A DNA stretch of 64,000 nucleotides from Thermoplasmata archaeon (GTDB taxonomy: Archaea; Thermoplasmatota; E2; JACPAO01; JAHFTW01): positions 43,878 through 107,877 of the forward strand of contig JAXDQS010000004.1 in assembly GCA_034667725.1 (NCBI GenBank), given 5' to 3'. Positions 38,137-58,384 of this stretch are shown here, piece by piece (positions within the stretch are counted from its first letter, which is position 1; each line of letters begins with the position of its first letter). The position numbers and the translations under genes are program-made. The notes under the pieces are model-generated. The model was not told where the DNA came from and ran no database searches. It saw nothing but the letters and a program-made list of their open reading frames with translations.

Positions 38137-39011
38137 GCGGGTTCCTCGGTGGCGAGCTCCCTGCCCGAGGGCAGGAAGGAGACGGAGGCGAGGACGGCGA
38201 GGCCGGCCTTGAGGACATCGAAGGGCAGGAACACGGTGCTGCCGAGGGCGAACGCCTTCGACCAGGACCATCCCAGCGTGAGCTTCAGCACCGGGACGCC
38301 GCACAAGTGGATGATGGCGACGGCCCCCAGCAGGACCAGGTAGAGGTTCAGCGCCTCGGAGCCGGCCGCGCGGCGGGACAGCAGCCAGCCGACCACGGGC
38401 GCGCACACCAGGAACAGCCCACCGAACAGCCAGGCATAGTCCAGGGTCGCGTCGTAGGCGTCGCCGCTGCCGGCGCCCGCGAACGAGCCGCCGCCCGCCA
38501 AGAAGAAGGTGCTGCCCACGACGCCCAGCAGCAGGACCAAGAGGCCGAAGCCGACGGCGCGGGTCCAGCGGGCGTCGAGCCCGCGCTGGCGGCGGCGCAT
38601 GTAGGCCCCGACGAACGCGGCCGCCGCGAAGAAGCCGACGAGGTAGCCTGCGGTGTAGCCGGTCTGACGCACAACGTCGGGCACCAGCACGCGCCAGCGG
38701 TCGGCGTGCCAGAGCGCGTCGGGGTTGAACGCGTCGGCGCTCGGCGCGAACACGTGCAGCCCCGCGAGTCCGGCCGCGAGGTAGAGACCCATCGACACCA
38801 TCGCCCAGCGGCCGCCGAGCATGACGCCGGCGAGCGCTACGCCCAGCACTTGGAAGGTGAACGGCACCGGCGTCCACGGCAGCGGCAGCGACACCTGCGC
38901 CAAGAGCGCGGTGAGGCCCGTGAAGGCGGCCGCGAAGCCGGCCTTGGCCATCCAGCCGAGCTCGTGCGCCTGGCGGTACGCCCGCAGCCGCGCGACCCGG
39001 ACGTCCGTCAC
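38133..39011 (-). CDS. bioY: BioY biotin transporter (long form)
   Basis: LPWTPVPFTFQ, YL..GL.GL.VFA, YTAGYLVGF, FLPFDVLK. Confidence 0.88.
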   Translation of the reverse strand: MTDVRVARLRAYRQAHELGWMAKAGFAAAFTGLTALLAQVSLPLPWTPVPFTFQVLGVALAGVMLGGRWAMVSMGLYLAAGLAGLHVFAPSADAFNPDALWHADRWRVLVPDVVRQTGYTAGYLVGFFAAAAFVGAYMRRRQRGLDARWTRAVGFGLLVLLLGVVGSTFFLAGGGSFAGAGSGDAYDATLDYAWLFGGLFLVCAPVVGWLLSRRAAGSEALNLYLVLLGAVAIIHLCGVPVLKLTLGWSWSKAFALGSTVFLPFDVLKAGLAVLASVSFLPSGRELATEEPA

Positions 39012-39012
39012 C

Positions 39013-47940
<8,928 letters not shown>

Positions 47941-48107
47941 GGGGACGACGCTCCAGGACCCCGGGTGGGGGCCCCGGCATTGGGTGGCATTCCCGGGGTA
48001 GGGGTCCACCAGATGAAACCTCTGCTTCCGGCCCTGTGGCGTGCTGTGCCAGGCCCTGCCGGCCACGCGGCCTGTGGGACCCGCCTTTCTTTAACCCAAC
48101 AGAAGGG

Positions 48108-48593
48108 ATGGCGCCTATCCGCTTCGACCAGCACCCCAACGCCTTGCTCGTGCACCATCTCTACGACGCGCTCGCCCGCCGCGACGGCGACGCCATGGCC
48201 GCCTGCTACACGCCCGACGCCGCCTTCTCGGACCCGGTCTTCCCCGACCTGCACGGCGCCGAGGTCGGGGCGATGTGGCGGATGCTCACCGCCCGCGGCG
48301 GCAGCATCACGGTCGAGGTCCGCGAAGTGGTCGCCAGCGCCACGGACGGCACCGCGACCTGGGAGGCGCGCTACCTGTTCGGCGCCACCGGCCGCAAGGT
48401 CCGCAACGTGGGCAACGCGGTGTTCACCTTCCGCGACGGCCGGATCGCGACGCACGTCGACACCTGGTCGTTCTCGGCGTGGGCGGCGCAGGCGCTCGGG
48501 CTGCGCGGGCGGCTGCTGGGCAAGACCGCGTTCCTGCGCCGGAAGGTGCGAAGGCAGGCGAGGCGAGGGTTGGAGAAGCTCCTCCCAGGATGA
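48108..48593 (+). CDS. SnoaL/NTF2-like protein
   Basis: LYDA...DGDAMAACY.PDA.FSDPVF..L.G....MW, W.A.Y.F..TGR.V.N, F.DGRI..H.D. Confidence 0.88.
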   Translation: MAPIRFDQHPNALLVHHLYDALARRDGDAMAACYTPDAAFSDPVFPDLHGAEVGAMWRMLTARGGSITVEVREVVASATDGTATWEARYLFGATGRKVRNVGNAVFTFRDGRIATHVDTWSFSAWAAQALGLRGRLLGKTAFLRRKVRRQARRGLEKLLPG

Positions 48594-48600
48594 TCAGCCA

Positions 48601-50223
48601 CTACAGTGGCGTCAGCCCATGCTTCTTCTGCGGCCGCTGCTCACGCTTGTTGATCAAAGGCCACAGCGCCTGGATCAACCGGGGCCGGGTCTCGCTCGGC
48701 TCGATGACGTCGTCGATCCAGCCCCGCTCCGCCGCGACGTAGGGGTTGGCGAACTTCTCCTGGTATTCGGCCTGGAACCTGGCGGCGAGCTCCTTGGCCT
48801 TGGCGGGGTCCTCCTCGAGGAGCTTCTGCATGTCGCGCTTGTAGAGGATGTTGACCGCGCCCTCGGCGCCCATGACGGCGATCTCGGCGGCGGGCCAGGC
48901 GAAGTTGACGTCGCTGCCGACGTGCTTCGAGGACATGACGATGTAGGCGCCGCCGTAGGACTTGCGGGTGATGACCGCGAGCTTGGGGACCGTGGCCTCG
49001 CAGTAGGCGTACAGCAGCTTGGCGCCGTTGCGGATGATGCCGCCGTGCTCCTGGCCGAGGCCGGGCAGGAAGCCGGGCACGTCGACGAACGAGATGATGG
49101 GGAAGTTGAACGAGTCGCAGAACCGGATCCACTTGGCGGCCTTGATGCTGGCCTCGATGTCGAGGGCGCCGGCGAGGACGCTGGGCTGGTTGGCGACGAT
49201 GCCGACGGGGTAGCCGTCGAGGCGGGCAAGGCCGATCACGACGTTGGTGGCCCACTTGGACTGCAGCTCCTCCCAGGTGCCCTTGTCCATGATGCGGGTG
49301 ATGATGTCGCGGATGTCGTAGGGCTTGTTCGGGTTGGGCGGGACGATGGTGTCCAGTTCCAGGTCCATGCGGAAGCGGTCGTCGGTCGGCTTGACGACGG
49401 GCAGCTCGGAGAGGTTGTTGCTCGGGAGGTAGGTGAGCAGGCTGCGGATCTTGCGGATGGCGTCGTCCTCGTCGAGGCCCGAGAAGCTCGCGACCCCGGA
49501 CTTGACGGTGTGCACCGAGGCGCCGCCCAGCTCCTCCTGGCTGGCCTCCTCGCCGGTGACGGTCTTGACGACGTCGGGGCCCGTCACGAACATATGGGAC
49601 GAGTCCTCGACCATCACGACGAAGTCCGTGAGCGCCGGGGAGTACACCGCGCCGCCGGCGGACGGGCCGACGATGACGGAGATCTGCGGGATGACGCCGC
49701 TGGCCTGGACGTTGCGGAAGAAGATGTCGCCGTAGCCCGCGAGGGACGCGACCCCCTCCTGGATGCGGGCGCCGCCGGAGTCGTTGAAGCCGATGATGGG
49801 CGCGCCGTTGCGGATCGCCATCTCCTGGACCTTGCAGATCTTCCTGGCCGTCTGCTCGCCCAGGGAGCCGCCGAGCACCGTGAAGTCCTGGCTGTAGATG
49901 TAGACCACGCGGCCGTTGACGTAGCCGTAGCCGGTCACGACGCCGTCGCCGTCGAAGCGCGACTTGTCCATCCCGAAGTGGGTGGCCTGGGTGCGGACGA
50001 AGGGATCGAGCTCGACGAACGTGCCCGGGTCGCACAGCAGGTCGATGCGCTCGCGGGCGGTGTACTTGCCCTTGTCGTGCTGGGCCTGGATGCGGGCCGT
50101 GCCGCCGCCCAGCATCGCCTTGGCCTTGCGGTCGCGCAGGCGGGCGATGGGGTCGAGCGGCTCGGTGGCGGCGAGGCCGTTCTTGGGCTTCGCGGCCTCC
50201 TTGGGCACGGCGGTCGGGCTCAT
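48601..50223 (-). CDS. Acyl-CoA carboxylase carboxyltransferase subunit (PccB type)
   Basis: GKYTARER, QDFTVLGGSLG, DSGGARIQEG, DVPGFLPG, RKSYGGAY, KKHG..PL; TTTACATA box about 25 nt upstream. Confidence 0.95.
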   Translation of the reverse strand: MSPTAVPKEAAKPKNGLAATEPLDPIARLRDRKAKAMLGGGTARIQAQHDKGKYTARERIDLLCDPGTFVELDPFVRTQATHFGMDKSRFDGDGVVTGYGYVNGRVVYIYSQDFTVLGGSLGEQTARKICKVQEMAIRNGAPIIGFNDSGGARIQEGVASLAGYGDIFFRNVQASGVIPQISVIVGPSAGGAVYSPALTDFVVMVEDSSHMFVTGPDVVKTVTGEEASQEELGGASVHTVKSGVASFSGLDEDDAIRKIRSLLTYLPSNNLSELPVVKPTDDRFRMDLELDTIVPPNPNKPYDIRDIITRIMDKGTWEELQSKWATNVVIGLARLDGYPVGIVANQPSVLAGALDIEASIKAAKWIRFCDSFNFPIISFVDVPGFLPGLGQEHGGIIRNGAKLLYAYCEATVPKLAVITRKSYGGAYIVMSSKHVGSDVNFAWPAAEIAVMGAEGAVNILYKRDMQKLLEEDPAKAKELAARFQAEYQEKFANPYVAAERGWIDDVIEPSETRPRLIQALWPLINKREQRPQKKHGLTPL

Positions 50224-50311
50224 GGCGTCGCGGGCCACGCCCACCCTATGTAAAGGCTTGTCCGGATGTGCCATTGTGCCCGGCACACCGGGCCATTGCG
50301 AACCTGTGCGG

Positions 50312-50746
50312 TCACATCATCATGTCGTGCGGTTGGACGACGATGGTGCCGGTCATGCTCGGGTGGACCTTGCAGTGGTAGGCGACAGTGCCCTCCTTCG
50401 CGAAGCCCTGCTCGATGACGTCGCCGTCCGCCATGCAGACCGGCGCCACGCCGACGGGGGCCGCGCAGTTGGGGTGCGAGTCGTAGCTGCCGTCGTCGTA
50501 GGTCACGGTGTGGCCGGTGGTGCCGTCGTTGTGGGTCCAGCGCACCTTGTCGCCCACGTGGATCATGGTCGTCTGGTTGACGAAGGCATTGCCCTCGAGG
50601 CTGACGTCATGCGTCATCGCCATGTGCATCATGCCGCCCGTGTCCGACGACGAGGAGGTCGTCATGGTGGAGGAGCCGTCGGTGTCGGAGGAGGAGCAGC
50701 CCGCAAGGGCGAGCATCAGCGTGGCAGCGGCCAGGAGGAGGCGCAT
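50312..50746 (-). CDS. Plastocyanin/halocyanin-like blue copper lipoprotein
   Basis: LAGC lipobox; HTVT...YHCKVHPSMTG type-1 Cu ligands. Confidence 0.88.
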   Translation of the reverse strand: MRLLLAAATLMLALAGCSSSDTDGSSTMTTSSSSDTGGMMHMAMTHDVSLEGNAFVNQTTMIHVGDKVRWTHNDGTTGHTVTYDDGSYDSHPNCAAPVGVAPVCMADGDVIEQGFAKEGTVAYHCKVHPSMTGTIVVQPHDMMM

Positions 50747-50794
50747 GCGCTCGACGAGCCGGCGGCGGGTATGGCGTTTGTGGTGGGGCCATGG

Positions 50795-52018
50795 CTACTC
50801 GAGCAGCCAAGTGTAGCCTTGCAGGAGGGTCGCGGCGCCCAAGGCCCAGGCCCGCCACGGCCGGACGCCGGGCGCGGCCAGCGCCAGCCACAGCAGCGGG
50901 AGCTGGGCCGCCGCGACGTAGCGCAGCGGGTCCCGCCAGAGTGGCGAGAAGCCGTCGGCCCCGTCCTCCACGACATGGAAGACCGCCGCGAACAGGAAGC
51001 CCAGGAAGACCATCAGGCCGGCGGCCAGCAGCAGCCCGCTCACGGCCTCGTCCCGCCAGCGCGCCGCTTGCGTGCGCAGCGGGCCCCAGAACGCCACCAG
51101 GGTCGGCATCACGCCCCAAAGGATCATGGGCAACCGCAGGGCGGCGCCTTCCAGCAGCCGCGCCGGGCGCGCGACCGCCTCGGAGAACGCGTGCGAGTTG
51201 TAGGCGCTCGTCTGCCAGGCGGTGAGCAGGCTGGCCGCCGACCCGTCCCCGTAAAGGCGCAGGTTCCGGAAAGCCCAGAAGGCAAACAGGCCCCCGAAGA
51301 CGGCGATGGCGCCCAAGTACCACCGGTTCGTGAGGACGGCCCGGCCCCTGTGCAGCAGCCGCCACGCCAGCCCGCCCAGCCCGGCCGCCAGGAAGAACCA
51401 GCCCATGGACGCCTTCGACAGGTAGCCGAGGCCCGCGAACAGGCCAGCCCACAGGATGTAGCGTTCGTCCTCCAGGCTGCGCAGGATGGCCCACAAGGTC
51501 AGGCAGAACGTGAGGAACACCAGCGGTTCGGCGTAGCCCGACTGCGCTGCCTTCTGAAGCGACCAGTCGGCCGCCGCCCACGCCGCCACCAGGAGGCCGG
51601 CGCTGTGCCCCAGCAAGTCCCGGGTCGTCCAGTAGGCGACGCCGAGGGCCAGCACGCCCAGCAGGAAGACGCTGGCCTGCAAGGCGAACGTGGAGGGGCC
51701 GAGGACCTGGATGGCCCCCGCCTCGAGCAGCGGCAGCAGAGGGCTGAAGTGGTGGCTCGGGCCCAGCCCCGTGAACGCGAGCGAGCCGCACTGTTCGAGG
51801 AGCGCCGGGTTCGTGTGCGTGAAGCCCTTGCCGGCGGCCACCGACTGGGCCAGGTCCCAATAGGCCGTGCCGTCGCAGCCTCCCAGCAGGGCTTCATGGG
51901 TGTGGAGGAAGACGGCATCGAACCGCCACGCGACGCCCGCCAGCACCGCCAGCAGCAGCCCGATCCGGAGCGGCCGCGGGAACACTGGTTCCTGGAAGCC
52001 GAGCCGGGGCGCGCCCAC
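50795..52018 (-). CDS. GT-C membrane glycosyltransferase (PMT/ArnT-like)
   Basis: D...Y.DLA.S.A.G.G, PLLP, AEPL, GL.YLSK; many TM; start uncertain. Confidence 0.75.
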   Translation of the reverse strand: MGAPRLGFQEPVFPRPLRIGLLLAVLAGVAWRFDAVFLHTHEALLGGCDGTAYWDLAQSVAAGKGFTHTNPALLEQCGSLAFTGLGPSHHFSPLLPLLEAGAIQVLGPSTFALQASVFLLGVLALGVAYWTTRDLLGHSAGLLVAAWAAADWSLQKAAQSGYAEPLVFLTFCLTLWAILRSLEDERYILWAGLFAGLGYLSKASMGWFFLAAGLGGLAWRLLHRGRAVLTNRWYLGAIAVFGGLFAFWAFRNLRLYGDGSAASLLTAWQTSAYNSHAFSEAVARPARLLEGAALRLPMILWGVMPTLVAFWGPLRTQAARWRDEAVSGLLLAAGLMVFLGFLFAAVFHVVEDGADGFSPLWRDPLRYVAAAQLPLLWLALAAPGVRPWRAWALGAATLLQGYTWLLE

Positions 52019-52056
52019 GCCGCATCTACGGGAGGCTCCGCGATAGGTTTTCCGCC

Positions 52057-52605
52057 CTACAGCATCCCGAGCTTGAGCTTCGCCGCCTCGGACATCATGG
52101 TGTAGGGGTTCCAGACCGGGAACAGCACCACCTGGGCGTCCACCGACGTGATGCCCGGGATCGCGCGCAGCGCCGCCTCGACGTCGCGCACCAGCACGTC
52201 GCCCATGCCGCAGCCCGGGCTCGTGAGGCCCATGCGGACCTCGGCGTGGAAGCCGCCGTCCTTCGGCGTCACCTTGCATGAGTGGACGAGGCCGAGGTCG
52301 ATGATGTCCACCGGGATCTCGGGGTCGTAGACGCCCTTGAGCTGCTCGCGCGCAAGCTGCTGGAGCGCCGCCGCGTCCTGCGGCACGTCCTGCCCCGCCG
52401 GCAGCACGCCGACCACCGGCTGGCCGATGGCGTCGCCGTCCTTGCCCGCGATGCGGAACTTGCCGCCGCCCTTCTCCGCCTGGACGGTGTAGCTGAACCC
52501 GAGCGCCTGGGTGAGCTTCACCATCGTGCCGGCGGCGAGCGGGGCGGGCTTGCCGTCGGGGATGCTGACGGCCTCGACGGGGCGCTTGAGCGGGACGTAG
52601 CTCAT
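52057..52605 (-). CDS. sufT: Fe-S assembly protein SufT (DUF59 with N-terminal extension)
   Basis: VYDPEIPVDIIDLGLV, LTSPGCGMG, MSEAAKL.LG. Confidence 0.88.
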   Translation of the reverse strand: MSYVPLKRPVEAVSIPDGKPAPLAAGTMVKLTQALGFSYTVQAEKGGGKFRIAGKDGDAIGQPVVGVLPAGQDVPQDAAALQQLAREQLKGVYDPEIPVDIIDLGLVHSCKVTPKDGGFHAEVRMGLTSPGCGMGDVLVRDVEAALRAIPGITSVDAQVVLFPVWNPYTMMSEAAKLKLGML

Positions 52606-53057
52606 TCCGTCGTCACCCGCTCTTGCCGTCCATGCAGCGCCGCGTGGAGCGTGTGCCAGCATAAGGTCGCGCATTTCACCCGCGCCGGGAACTCGCCAAC
52701 ACCTGCGAACACGCGCAGCTTGCCCAGCTCGGCGTCGGTCGGCGTGGGTCCGTCACGGACGATCAAGCGATGGAACATTTCGTAGACGCGCTCCACGTCA
52801 GCCTTGGTCTTGCCCTTGACGGCCTCCGTCATCAGGCTCGCGCTCGAGGTGCTGATGGCGCAGCCGGAGCCTTGGAACGAGGCGTCGGCCACCTTGTCGC
52901 CGTCGAACCGCAGGAACAGCGTCAGCCGGTCGCCGCACAACGGGTTGAAGCCTTCCTGCTTGGCGTCGGCGGGGTCCATGGCGCGGAAGTTGCGGGGCCG
53001 GCGGTTGTGATCCAGGATGACTTCCTGGTAGAGTTCGCGCATGTCGCTGTCGCTCAT
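52602..53057 (-). CDS. sufU: SUF-system SufU/NifU-family protein
   Basis: LYQEVILDH, NPLCGD, GSGCAIS, ARVKCATL.WH. Confidence 0.93.
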   Translation of the reverse strand: MSDSDMRELYQEVILDHNRRPRNFRAMDPADAKQEGFNPLCGDRLTLFLRFDGDKVADASFQGSGCAISTSSASLMTEAVKGKTKADVERVYEMFHRLIVRDGPTPTDAELGKLRVFAGVGEFPARVKCATLCWHTLHAALHGRQERVTTE

Positions 53058-53079
53058 GCCTGCGCCTCCTCTCCAGGAG

Positions 53080-53138
53080 CCACGGACTTCACGGATTGCA
53101 CGGACCCGATGTTCCGTGAAATCCGTGCGATCCGTGGT
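53080..53138. repeat. Palindromic CACGGATTN element (between sufS and sufU)
   Basis: CCACGGACTT-CACGGATTG-CACGGA / TCCGTG-AAATCCGTG-CGATCCGTGG. Confidence 0.85.
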
Positions 53139-53151
53139 TGAGGCGTGAGCG

Positions 53152-54369
53152 TCAAGCGAACAGCCTCACGACCTTCTGGAGGCTGGCGGCCAGCAGGTCC
53201 ACTTCCTCCTTGGTGTTGTAGGCGGCGAAGCTGGCGCGGTTGGTGGCCGGCAGGCCGTAGCGCTCCATGACGGGCTGGGCGCAGTGGTGGCCGGTGCGGA
53301 TGGCGATGCCGTCGCGGTCCACCAGCGAGCCGACGTCGTGCGGGTGGATGCCTTCGAGCGCGAAGCTGACGACGGCCGACTTGTGGGCGGCGGTGCCGAT
53401 GATGCGCAGGCCGGGAATCTCGCCCAACGCCTTGTTCGCGTGCTCGACCAGCGTGTGCTCGTGGGCGGCGATGTTCTCGACGCCCAGCTCCGCGATGAAC
53501 TGGACGGCGGTGCCGAGCCCGATGCCGCCGGCGATGTGCGGCGTGCCCGCCTCGAACTTGTGCGGCACGTCGTTGTAGGTGGTGCCATGGGTCAGCGAGA
53601 CGGAGCGAATCATGTCGCCGCCGCCTTGCCATGGCGGCATGGCCTCCAGGTGCTCGCGCTTGCCGTGGAGGAAGCCGACGCCTGTCGGGCCGTACATCTT
53701 GTGGCCGCTGGCGGCGTAGAAGTCGGCGCCCAGCTTGTGCAGGTCGAGCCGCAGGTGGCCGACCGCCTGCGCGCCGTCGACCAGGACCGGGACGCCTTTG
53801 GCATGGGCGGCCTCGACGATGTCCGCGACCGGGTTCACGGTGCCGAGGGCGTTGGAGGCGTGGACGACCGACATGAACTTGGTGCGGGGGCCGAGCAGCT
53901 TGGGGAACGCCGCCATGTCCAGCTCGCCCGTGTCCGTGATGGGGACGTAGCGCAGCTTGGCGCCGGTGGCCTCGCACACCATCTGCCAGGGGACGATGTT
54001 GCTGTGGTGCTCCATCTCGGTGATCAGCACCTCGTCGCCGGCCTTGAGGCGGGGGCGGACGAAGCTCTGCGCGACCAGGTTGATGGCCTCGGTGGTGCCG
54101 CGCAGCAGGACGGTCTCCTCGCCTTTGGCGCCGACGTGGCGGGCGAGGGCCTTGCGGGCGTCCTCGTACTGCTTGGTGGCCCGCTCGGACAGGAGGTGGA
54201 CGCCGCGGTGGATGTTCGCGTTGTCGTGCTCGTAGTAGTGGCGCAGGGCCTCGATGACGACGCGCGGCTTCTGGGTCGTGGCGGCGTTGTCGAGGTAGAC
54301 CAGCGGCTTGCCGTGGATGGGCTCGGCCAGGATGGGGAACTCGCGGCGGACCTTCTGGACGTCGAGCAT
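53152..54369 (-). CDS. sufS: Cysteine desulfurase
   Basis: YLDNAATTQKP, SGHKMYGPTG, RTGHHCAQP. Confidence 0.95.
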   Translation of the reverse strand: MLDVQKVRREFPILAEPIHGKPLVYLDNAATTQKPRVVIEALRHYYEHDNANIHRGVHLLSERATKQYEDARKALARHVGAKGEETVLLRGTTEAINLVAQSFVRPRLKAGDEVLITEMEHHSNIVPWQMVCEATGAKLRYVPITDTGELDMAAFPKLLGPRTKFMSVVHASNALGTVNPVADIVEAAHAKGVPVLVDGAQAVGHLRLDLHKLGADFYAASGHKMYGPTGVGFLHGKREHLEAMPPWQGGGDMIRSVSLTHGTTYNDVPHKFEAGTPHIAGGIGLGTAVQFIAELGVENIAAHEHTLVEHANKALGEIPGLRIIGTAAHKSAVVSFALEGIHPHDVGSLVDRDGIAIRTGHHCAQPVMERYGLPATNRASFAAYNTKEEVDLLAASLQKVVRLFA

Positions 54370-55708
54370 CAGGCCATCCCCTGCACGCGGCGGCAGGCGA
54401 ACCATTGCGCCAACAGGCCGTCCAGGAGCGTGCGCAGGCGGGGCGGCGCCTTCTCCAGCACCTCGGCGGCGAACGCCTGCGTCAGCATGAGGCGGGCGTG
54501 CTCCTCGTCGATGCCGCGGCTGCGGAGGAAGAACGTCGCGTCCTTGGAGAGCTGGCCGATGGTGCTGCCGTGGCTGCATTTGACGTCGTCGGCGTGGATC
54601 TCCAGCTGCGGCGTCGTGTCCACGAGCGCGCGGGTGGACAGCAGCAGGTTGCGGTTGGTCTGGTCGGCGTTGGTCTTCTGCGCGTCGGCGCGGACCTTGA
54701 CGTTGCCGAGGAACACGCCGCGGGCGGCGCCGTCGAGGACGCCCTTGTACACCTGGTGGCTGGTGGTGTGGTGGACGGCGTGGTCGATGTAGGTCGGGCA
54801 GTCGACGTGCTGGTTGCCGGTGCCGAGGAACAGGCCGTCGAGGTGGATCTCGGCGCCCGGCGCGCCCAGGATGGCGTGCGCCTCGTTGCGGGACAGCGCG
54901 GCGCCGACCGAGAACAGGAAGTCGCGCACGACGGCGTCGCGGTCCTGGCGGATCGCCAAGTGGCCGACGTGGAAGCCGTGCGGGTTCTCGCGCTGCAGGC
55001 GCACGTGCGACACGTGCGCGCCCGGGCCGGCCACCAGTTCCGTCACGGCGGTCGTGAGGCTCGGGTCGCCGCTCGGCAGGCCGACGAACGACTGCACGAC
55101 CGTGAGTTGCGCGCCGGCGCCTGCGACCACAAGGTGGCGCACGTGGCTGGCGGCCGGGCTGCGCGGCTCGGTGCTGAGGTGCAGCAGGTGGACGGGGGAC
55201 TCGGCGAGCGTGCCGGGTGATGCGACCACCACGCCGCCGTCCTGGAGGAACGCGGTGTTGAGCGCGACGAACGGCGCGTCGTTGTCGGCGTGGCGGGCCA
55301 AGTGGTGCTCCAGCGCGTCGCTGGGGCGCGCGAGGCTTGCGGCCAGGCTCTGGACCGTGAGCCCGCGCGGCAGGTCGCCGAGGAGGCTGAGGCCCGACAC
55401 GAAGTGGCCATCCACGAACACCAGCTCGTGGCTACCCGCGATGCGGTAGGGCGCGATCTCGGGCTCGGCCACGGCGCGGGCCGGGCCCGGCAGCGGCCGG
55501 AAGTGCTGGAGCGTGATGGGCCGCACCGAGGTGTGCTTCCACGCCTCCAGCCGGGTCGTGGGGAAGCCGCCCGCCTCGAACTGCGCGATGGCGGCGGCGC
55601 GCGCCTCGCGCACGAACTCGGGGCCGCGGCGGGCCCAGTTGCCGGCCTTGAACTCGGCGACGTAGGGTGCGTGCGCCGGTGGGTTCGTCACCGTCGCCTG
55701 CCGGGCCG

Positions 55709-55712
<4 letters not shown>
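54369..55712 (-). CDS. sufD: Fe-S cluster assembly protein SufD
   Basis: FPT.R.E.WK.T, PQLEIHADDVKCSHG, LRSRGI. Confidence 0.93.
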
Positions 55713-56449
<737 letters not shown>

Positions 56450-56451
56450 CT

Positions 56452-57906
<1,455 letters not shown>

Positions 57907-57995
57907 GGATGTGCTGTCCTGGAAGGCCTCAGGGGGATACCGGTTCCCCTCGGGGCCGTCCGGAGGGCGTTGCCGCCTTCGGTTTCCCCACGGCC

Positions 57996-58342
57996 TTAGC
58001 TTTTAAGGCTTGACGGGCGCGGGCAGAGGAGCGCCGCCGCCGAGCGGCTCCAGCCCCAGGCGGCGGCGCCCGTGACGGCCCCGATGGCCGCGAAGAACCA
58101 CGGGGCCCGTCCCGTCGAAGGCCCACAGCAGCGCGACCCGACCGCAGGGCAACACCGGCCGCCCCCGCCGTCGCGCCGGCCAGGAAGGGGGCGCGGCTGC
58201 CGGCGGCGATGATGGCCAACTGGGACCCGGCGAGAATTGCGGCGGGGACGCCGAGGGCGGGCCAGACCTTGCCACGGGCCGTCCAGGCCAGCCAAAGGGC
58301 GAGGGCGGGGCCGTCGCCGAGCAGCCGTTCGTAGGGCGACAC
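57996..58342 (-). pseudogene. Possible frameshifted small membrane-protein gene
   Basis: Hydrophobic segments appear consecutively in three different frames (MSPYERLL..GVAL / RVALLWAFDG / PWFFAAIGAVTGAAAWGW). Confidence 0.35.
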
Positions 58343-58384
58343 GTTGCCCGGAGCGTCATCCCGGTGGGTTGCAATGGAGATTTG

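Noticed and set aside
47941-48066. 42-aa N-terminal extension of the PKS
   Set aside because: Atypical composition; the ATG at 47940 directly precedes the KS EPIAIIG start
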